This document shows, in pieces, positions 57,882-64,000 of a stretch of 64,000 nt of DNA. The DNA is taken from assembly GCF_900546575.1 (NCBI RefSeq), contig NZ_URDM01000005.1; one strand, given 5' to 3'. The position numbers and the translations under genes were made by a program. Under the pieces are notes generated by a model. The model was not told the DNA's origin. It did not search any database and saw nothing but the letters and a program-made list of their open reading frames with translations. The DNA is from an uncultured Prevotella sp. (GTDB lineage Bacteria > Bacteroidota > Bacteroidia > Bacteroidales > Bacteroidaceae). The stretch's first letter is position 1. Each line of letters starts with the position of its first letter.

Positions 57882-58003
57882 ATTGCAAAGATAGCTTTTA
57901 TTTCTAACTTTAGCAAGCGTTTGCAACCGATATTGGTGATATTATAACATCTTTTAATGATTTACGTCCATTATTTTGGTTTCTTTTATGCAACGCCATT
58001 CTT

Positions 58004-60562
58004 TTATAGGAATAAGTTGCCTATCTGATAGACCACGGCGGACACCATCCAAGCCAGGCAAGTGGTGTAGACGGCTGCGAATGTAGCCCAGCGCCATGAT
58101 CCGGTTTCGCCTTTTATTGCTGCTATGGTTGCTATGCAGGGGAAATAGAGCAGAACGAACAGCAGGAAGCAGTAGGCAGTCAGAGGTGTTATTCCGTCGG
58201 CTGTCATCTGGCTGTACAGATGTGAGTAGGCCTGCTCGCTGCCTTCTTCGGCTGCGTCGTCGCTGTGGTAGAGTATTCCCATTGTCGATGCAACGATCTC
58301 CTTGGCTCCTACACCTGAAATCAGTCCTACGTCCAATTTCCAGTCAAATCCCTGAGCTTTGAACACGGGCTCTATAGCATGTCCTATAATTCCGATGTAG
58401 CTCTGCTCCTGTTGCTGCTGGCGTGTAAGGTTCTCGTTGTGCGGGAAATATCCCAATGCCCACACCACGATGCTTGCCACGAGTATTATGCCGCCCATCT
58501 TCTTCAGGTATTCCTTACCCTTCTGCCATGTGTGACGTGCTATGGCCTTGGCTGTAGGGAAACGGTAGGGTGGCAGTTCCATTACAAACGGAGTATCCTC
58601 GCCCTTGAATAGGGTCTTGCTGAACAGGCGGCTCATTATCACAGCCATGACAATACCTATTATATATAGCGACATCATTATCGACGAGCGATATTGTGGT
58701 GCGAACATCGTGCCTATTATCATAATGTATATGGGGAATCGTGCCGAGCAACTCATCAGAGGCAGTATGAGCATTGTGATGAGTCGTGAGCGGCGGCTTT
58801 CTATAGTACGTGTTGCCATTACAGCTGGTACATTACAGCCGAATCCCATAATGAGCGGTATGAACGACTTGCCGTGCAGTCCCATCTTGTGCATGAGTTT
58901 GTCCATGATGAAGGCTGCTCGCGACATGTAGCCGCTGTCTTCCATAAACGATATGAAGAAGTAGAGAATGAGAATCTGCGGCAGGAATACGATAACCGAA
59001 CCTACGCCGCCTATAACGCCGTCTACCAGCATGTCTTTAAGCGGTCCGTCTGTCATGCGCTCCGAAATGACTGAGCCTATCCAGTCCACACCCGATTCTA
59101 TCCATCCCATAGGATATTGTCCGAGCGAGAAGGTGGCTTCAAACATTATCCACAGCATGAGTATGAATATGGGGAATCCCACATACTTGTTGGTTATGAT
59201 GCTGTCTATGAGGTGCGTCACCTGATAGGTGTCACGTTCGGTTCCGGTCTTGTATCCAGCCTCCTGCAATGCACCATGTATGAATCCGTATTTGGCGTCC
59301 ATTATGGCAGTCTCGCTGTCCTCGTGGGTATATTTCATCACGTCGTCCATAGCCTTGTCGCGGGCTGCTATGATTGCCTCGTGATGGGCTGTCGTGGTCT
59401 TTATCAGCTGTTCGGCATCCTTGTCCTTCTCCAGCAGTTTTATAGCAAGATAACGGGTTGAGTATTTGTGGCGCAGCCCCTCTTCCTTCTTTATCTCGCC
59501 CTGAATGGCTTCTATGCCTTCTTCTATATAGGTGCCATGGTTGATGTGTATGTGACGGAATACGTTGTGCTTCGGCTTCACGCCCGAGGCAAAGTCCTCG
59601 TCATGGTCGGGCTGTTCCTTTTCGCTCTTGCTGTATTGCTCGTGCCATTGTCTTATGCCTTCTGCCACCTCAGGGTCAAGATTGCCGTTGGCATCCAGGA
59701 AGTCCAGTCCCTCATACATATTAATAATAATGTGGAAAAGCAGTTCTACGCCACGGCCCGTGGTGAATGTAGTAGGAATCATCGGCACGCCGAACAGTTC
59801 GCCGAGCTTGGCATAGTCTACGTTGTCGCCACGCTTCTCCGTCTCGTCAAACATGTTCAGGGCACACACCATACGCAGGTGCATGTCTATGAGCTGTGTG
59901 GTGAGATAGAGGTTGCGCTCCAGGTTGCTCGTGTCGATGACGTTGATTATCACGTCGGGCGTATGCTCGATTATCTGCTTGCGTACGTAGAGTTCTTCGG
60001 GCGAGTATGCCGAAAGCGAATATGTGCCGGGCAGGTCGACGATATTGAACTCGTAGCCCTCGAATGTGGCGTGTCCCACCTTTGCGTCAACGGTCACGCC
60101 CGAGTAGTTGCCGACACGCTCGTGTGCTCCGCTTGCAAAGTTAAAGAGCGAGGTCTTGCCGCAATTGGGGTTGCCCACGAGTGCCACGTTTATTGTGCGG
60201 CGCTTCTTCATGGCAGCATCGCGAAGTTGCGAGTCGGTCAACGTGTCCGACTTCTCCGTTTCGTTGCTGTTGTAATAGTCGGTTTCGGCTGGTATTCCCG
60301 CCTGAGGAGTGGTGTTCTTCTCAATTGCCGCCGCCTCTTCGGTAGATATAATCTCAATCATTTCGGCCTCTGAGCGTCTCAACGACACCTCATAGCCCAT
60401 GATTTTATATTTCACAGGGTCTTGAAGAGGTGCGTTCTGCAATACGTCTACCACTTTTCCTTTGATGAACCCCATTTCAACTATGCGCTTACGGAATCCT
60501 CCGTGTCCCATCACCTTAACGATGACTCCGCGTTCGCCAGTTTTTAAATCTGATAGTTTCAT
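58004..60562 (-). CDS. feoB: Ferrous iron transporter, FeoA-FeoB fusion
   Basis: N-terminal FeoA (APLQDP); GNPNCGKT, GVTVD, DLPG, NMFD; GFGCNVPA, MSCSAR, ELPPY, YFPC; -7 element at 60591-60598. Confidence 0.96.
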   Translation of the reverse strand: MKLSDLKTGERGVIVKVMGHGGFRKRIVEMGFIKGKVVDVLQNAPLQDPVKYKIMGYEVSLRRSEAEMIEIISTEEAAAIEKNTTPQAGIPAETDYYNSNETEKSDTLTDSQLRDAAMKKRRTINVALVGNPNCGKTSLFNFASGAHERVGNYSGVTVDAKVGHATFEGYEFNIVDLPGTYSLSAYSPEELYVRKQIIEHTPDVIINVIDTSNLERNLYLTTQLIDMHLRMVCALNMFDETEKRGDNVDYAKLGELFGVPMIPTTFTTGRGVELLFHIIINMYEGLDFLDANGNLDPEVAEGIRQWHEQYSKSEKEQPDHDEDFASGVKPKHNVFRHIHINHGTYIEEGIEAIQGEIKKEEGLRHKYSTRYLAIKLLEKDKDAEQLIKTTTAHHEAIIAARDKAMDDVMKYTHEDSETAIMDAKYGFIHGALQEAGYKTGTERDTYQVTHLIDSIITNKYVGFPIFILMLWIMFEATFSLGQYPMGWIESGVDWIGSVISERMTDGPLKDMLVDGVIGGVGSVIVFLPQILILYFFISFMEDSGYMSRAAFIMDKLMHKMGLHGKSFIPLIMGFGCNVPAVMATRTIESRRSRLITMLILPLMSCSARFPIYIMIIGTMFAPQYRSSIMMSLYIIGIVMAVIMSRLFSKTLFKGEDTPFVMELPPYRFPTAKAIARHTWQKGKEYLKKMGGIILVASIVVWALGYFPHNENLTRQQQQEQSYIGIIGHAIEPVFKAQGFDWKLDVGLISGVGAKEIVASTMGILYHSDDAAEEGSEQAYSHLYSQMTADGITPLTAYCFLLFVLLYFPCIATIAAIKGETGSWRWATFAAVYTTCLAWMVSAVVYQIGNLFL

Positions 60563-60749
60563 TTTATTATTTCTTTTTTTACTCAAAACGCAAAATTACA
60601 TATAAATAATGATACGTGGTATTGTTTTTAGGCTACTTTTTTGCAGAATACCTAAAAATAATGAGTAGGCATACTTTATTAATATTAAAAAGTCCATTTT
60701 TTGATGATTATATTGCCCCTAAAATTGTGTGTGTTCGCTTTTTTTACAT

Positions 60750-60757
60750 TACCTTTG
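60750..60757 (+). promoter_or_regulatory. -7 promoter element for thrS
   Basis: TACCTTTG(CA) about 30 nt upstream of the ATG. Confidence 0.7.
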
Positions 60758-60787
60758 CATCAACTTTGATTAAAAAACTAATTTGTT

Positions 60788-62740
60788 ATGGTTAAAATCA
60801 CATTTCCCGATGGCTCGGTTCGTGAGTACGAACAGGGCGTAACGGGGTTACAAATCGCCGAGAGCATTTCGCCGGCTCTCGCTCGCAACGTTGTATCTTG
60901 CGGTGTCAATGGCGAAACAGTGGAGCTTAACCGTCCTATCAATGAGGACGCTACCATCGCTCTCTACAGATTTGAGGACGAAGAAGGCAAGCACACATTC
61001 TGGCACACATCTGCCCACCTTCTTGCCGAGGCGCTCAAGGAGCTTTATCCTGGCATTCAGTTCGGTTTCGGACCGGCTGTCGAGAATGGTTTCTTCTACG
61101 ACGTAATGCCGAAGGAGGGCAATGTAATCTCTGAGAACGACTTCCCGAAGATTGAGGCTAAGATGAAGGAACTCGCCAAGAAGAACGAGCCGGTGGTTCG
61201 TCGCGAGGTGTCTAAGGCTGAAGCATTGGCCGAATTCCAGGCTGACGGTCAGACCTACAAGTGTGAGCACATTGAGCAGGACCTTGAGGACGGCACAATT
61301 TCAACATACACCCAGGGCAACTTCACCGACCTTTGCCGCGGTCCGCACCTTATGAGCACTGGTGCTATCAAGGCTGTTAAGATTACAAGTGTGGCTGGTG
61401 CTTTCTGGCGTGGCGATGCCAAGCGCGACCAGATGACACGTATCTATGGCATCTCGTTCCCTAAGAAGAGCATGCTCGACGAGTATCTGCAGATGCTTGA
61501 GGAGGCTAAGAAGCGCGACCACCGCAAGATTGGTAAGGAGATGGAGCTCTTTATGTTCTCAGAGCGTGTAGGTAAGGGTCTGCCTATTTGGTTGCCTAAG
61601 GGTACCGACCTGCGTCTGCGTCTTCAGGACATGCTGCGCAAGCTCCTTAAGCCTTACAACTATCAGGAGGTTATCACTCCGGGCATCGGTGGCAAGAGTC
61701 TTTATGTTACATCAGGCCACTACGCTCATTATGGCAAGGATGCTTTCCAGCCTATTCACACACCAGAGGAGGACGAGGAGTACATGCTCAAGCCTATGAA
61801 CTGTCCTCACCACTGCGAGGTATTCGCACGTAAGCCACGCTCGTACAAGGATCTGCCTTTGCGTATCGCCGAGTTTGGTACTGTGTTCCGCTATGAGAAG
61901 AGTGGCGAGCTGCACGGATTGACACGTGTACGTACCTTTACACAGGACGACGCTCACCTCTTTGTACGTCCAGATCAGGTAAGACAGGAGTTTGAGAACA
62001 TCATCGACATCATCCTCAAGGTGTTCAGCATCTTCGGCTTCAACAATTACGAGGCTCAGATTTCGCTCCACGATCCTAAGGATACCGAGAAGTACATCGG
62101 TAGCGAGGAGATTTGGGCTGAGTCGGAGAACGCTATCCGCGAGGCTTGCCGTGAGAAGGGTCTTGAGGTACACGAGGAGGTTGGCGAGGCTGCCTTCTAC
62201 GGTCCTAAGCTCGACTTCATGGTTAAGGATGCCATCGGCCGTCGTTGGCAGCTTGGTACAATCCAGGTTGACTACAACCTGCCGCAGCGCTTCAAGCTGG
62301 AGTACACAGCCGAGGACAATACAAAGCATACTCCGGTTATGATCCACCGTGCTCCGTTCGGTTCAATGGAACGCTTCACAGCCGTGCTCATCGAGCATAC
62401 AGCAGGTCACTTCCCATTGTGGCTTATTCCTGACCAGGTGGCTGTGCTGCCTATCTCTGAGAAGTACAACGAGTACGCCAAGGAGGTGCAGAAGTTCCTC
62501 GACAAGCAGGGCGTTCGTGCAGTTGTCGACGACCGTAACGAGAAGATCGGCCGTAAGATTCGCGACAACGAGCTGAAGCGTGTTCCTTACATGGTAGTAG
62601 TAGGCGAGAAGGAAGCTGCCGAGGGCCTTGTTTCTATGCGTAAGCAGGGTGGTGGCGAGCAGGCTACTATGACCAAGGAAGAGTTTGCTAAGCGCATCAA
62701 CGACGAGGTGGCTGAGCAGCTCAAGGCCGCAGAGGAATAA
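60788..62740 (+). CDS. thrS: Threonyl-tRNA synthetase
   Basis: TGS domain; [50 protein letters not shown]. Confidence 0.98.
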   Translation: MVKITFPDGSVREYEQGVTGLQIAESISPALARNVVSCGVNGETVELNRPINEDATIALYRFEDEEGKHTFWHTSAHLLAEALKELYPGIQFGFGPAVENGFFYDVMPKEGNVISENDFPKIEAKMKELAKKNEPVVRREVSKAEALAEFQADGQTYKCEHIEQDLEDGTISTYTQGNFTDLCRGPHLMSTGAIKAVKITSVAGAFWRGDAKRDQMTRIYGISFPKKSMLDEYLQMLEEAKKRDHRKIGKEMELFMFSERVGKGLPIWLPKGTDLRLRLQDMLRKLLKPYNYQEVITPGIGGKSLYVTSGHYAHYGKDAFQPIHTPEEDEEYMLKPMNCPHHCEVFARKPRSYKDLPLRIAEFGTVFRYEKSGELHGLTRVRTFTQDDAHLFVRPDQVRQEFENIIDIILKVFSIFGFNNYEAQISLHDPKDTEKYIGSEEIWAESENAIREACREKGLEVHEEVGEAAFYGPKLDFMVKDAIGRRWQLGTIQVDYNLPQRFKLEYTAEDNTKHTPVMIHRAPFGSMERFTAVLIEHTAGHFPLWLIPDQVAVLPISEKYNEYAKEVQKFLDKQGVRAVVDDRNEKIGRKIRDNELKRVPYMVVVGEKEAAEGLVSMRKQGGGEQATMTKEEFAKRINDEVAEQLKAAEE

Positions 62741-62790
62741 CAATCTGTAAAAGAACGACTAAACACGTAGGAATATTCCTATGAACTCAT

Positions 62791-62834
62791 AAAACTTCCA
62801 ACTGGTGACACCCTCATCGGTTGGGAGTTTTTTT
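62791..62834 (+). terminator. Terminator after thrS (potentially bidirectional)
   Basis: AAAACTTCCAACTGGTGA-CACCC-TCATCGGTTGGGAGTTTTTT. Confidence 0.8.
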
Positions 62835-63053
62835 GATTACACCAACACTAACAAAATAACACCACAACAACATCTCAACATCTCAACTTTTCAGCTCTCT
62901 CCCGAGATAGTTTTTACTCTCTCACGAGAGCGCAAATTTACAGATCTGTATCACGCTTGCAAAGTTAATACATTCACGAGGCAAAAAGCAATAGTTGTTG
63001 CGTGCGGCGTGGCTGTTTGTTGTGCGTCATGTGCAGTGGGGTGGGGAGTAGTT

Positions 63054-63216
63054 GGTCGTTAAGGTCATTAGTCATTAAGGTCATTAAGGATTTTGAAAGT
63101 GTGAAATTATGCCTATATAATTATATTAATATAATTATATAGAATCCGATTTGCACTTTTTTTTTGAAAATGACCTTAATGACTAATGACCTTAATGACT
63201 AATGACCTTAATGACC
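63054..63216. repeat. About 160-bp fold-back: inverted microsatellite arms around a 30-bp perfect AT palindrome
   Basis: Left arm GGTCGTTAAGGTCATTAGTCATTAAGGTCATTA; right arm about 3 x TAATGACCTTAATGAC; centre CTATATAATTATATT|AATATAATTATATAG (63113-63142). Confidence 0.9.
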
Positions 63217-63926
63217 CCTATTTCTATTGTATTAATAATCAAAGGGTTATGTTGCTAAAAGAGCCTTGCTTTAAGTCTTGTAAACTTCTTTCATCTGCTC
63301 TCCATGCCGCTCTGTAAGCATGAATTTGGAGATAAAAGTGCATTTTTTGTGTGATTTTTAGAGCGAAAATGAGGTTTCAGTTGTGTGTTTTTCGCATATT
63401 TCTGCATCAAAAATCAATCCAAATCATGATTTTTTCAATCAAAATCAAGCTAAAAGTGTGAACATTCAATGAAGAATTATACTTGGAATTAAAGGGTTGA
63501 TTCTTCTGAGAAATATTGTAACGCATTGATTGTGTGACGATTGTGATGTCTGTTTCTTGTGTTTATTGCTTGTTAAGGTTATGGCTTGGGCTCCATATTT
63601 TTCTATCGATTTTCTGTGTTTTGAATGCTGCGAGAAGCATTTTTGCGGTATTTCACTTGATTTTTATGGATTTTATATCATATTTATGCCCTAATAATTT
63701 GCATTTCCGATGCTGAACGATTTGTTCATCATCAGATTTTAACGAAACAAATGGCTCCTACTTTCTAATAAATATTAGCTGTTGGAAACGATAAAAGGGG
63801 CTCGTTTCAACTAACCCCCTTCTACAATATGGTGTCGTTTCAACCGACTCCATCTCGAATATATGAGGGTGTGCAAAAGTCAATTATATGGGCTGAAAGC
63901 CCAATAAGCACATAGGAGGGCGTGTC

Positions 63927-63993
63927 AAAACTCCCAATATAAATAACAAAAAACTCGTTGTACGTTCTTGTGTGGATGTACAACGAGTTTTTG
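63927..63993. repeat. Dispersed palindromic element, copy 2
   Basis: TATAAATAACAAAAAACTCGTTGTACGTTC-loop-GGATGTACAACGAGTTTTT; matches 18950-19020. Confidence 0.85.
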
Positions 63994-64000
63994 TTTTTCT

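Noticed and set aside
60758..60787. T-box or thrS translational operator
   Set aside because: Leader is only about 25-30 nt if the -7 box is used
63534..63716. 60-aa hydrophobic ORF (toxin-like?)
   Set aside because: GTG start in T-rich DNA that yields hydrophobic residues by composition; no promoter or antisense partner evident
63781..63853. GTTTCAAC repeats as a mini-CRISPR
   Set aside because: Only 10 bp shared, two copies, and a 33-bp period too short for repeat plus spacer

Overview
Chromosomal backbone window from a Bacteroidota (Prevotellaceae-like) genome. Evidence for that assignment: TAnnTTTG -7 promoters, mostly no Shine-Dalgarno sites, and Bacteroidales-type gene families. It carries about 45 intact protein genes. 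In order: galM-transporter-galK, tamB-like, HU-bS22-rng, MATE/cupin/MFS/panB/mltF, hisGDC without hisB, a complete lplA-gcvT-gcvH-gcvPA-gcvPB-lpd glycine cleavage operon with a split P protein, an ABC-F ATPase, engB, a 1191-aa double-module sensor-kinase-like protein, cysE, a THUMP methyltransferase, DPP-IV, purD, a U32 protein, metA, a permease, ttcA, fused nfnAB, serS, rplU-rpmA, a transglutaminase-like protein, tkt-rpiB, feoAB and thrS. I saw no rRNA, tRNA, CRISPR array, transposase or phage gene. The most interesting items are: (1) a sensor kinase whose ATPase and phosphoacceptor His appear to lie in different halves of a tandem fusion; (2) the Firmicute-style glycine cleavage operon; (3) an unannotated ~77-nt sRNA with its own promoter and terminator; (4) an unannotated 29-aa bS22-like ribosomal protein; (5) many non-coding palindromic and microsatellite elements, including a ~160-bp fold-back and a ~70-bp element found at two apparent synteny breaks. 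All calls come from reading the sequence by eye; no database searches were run.
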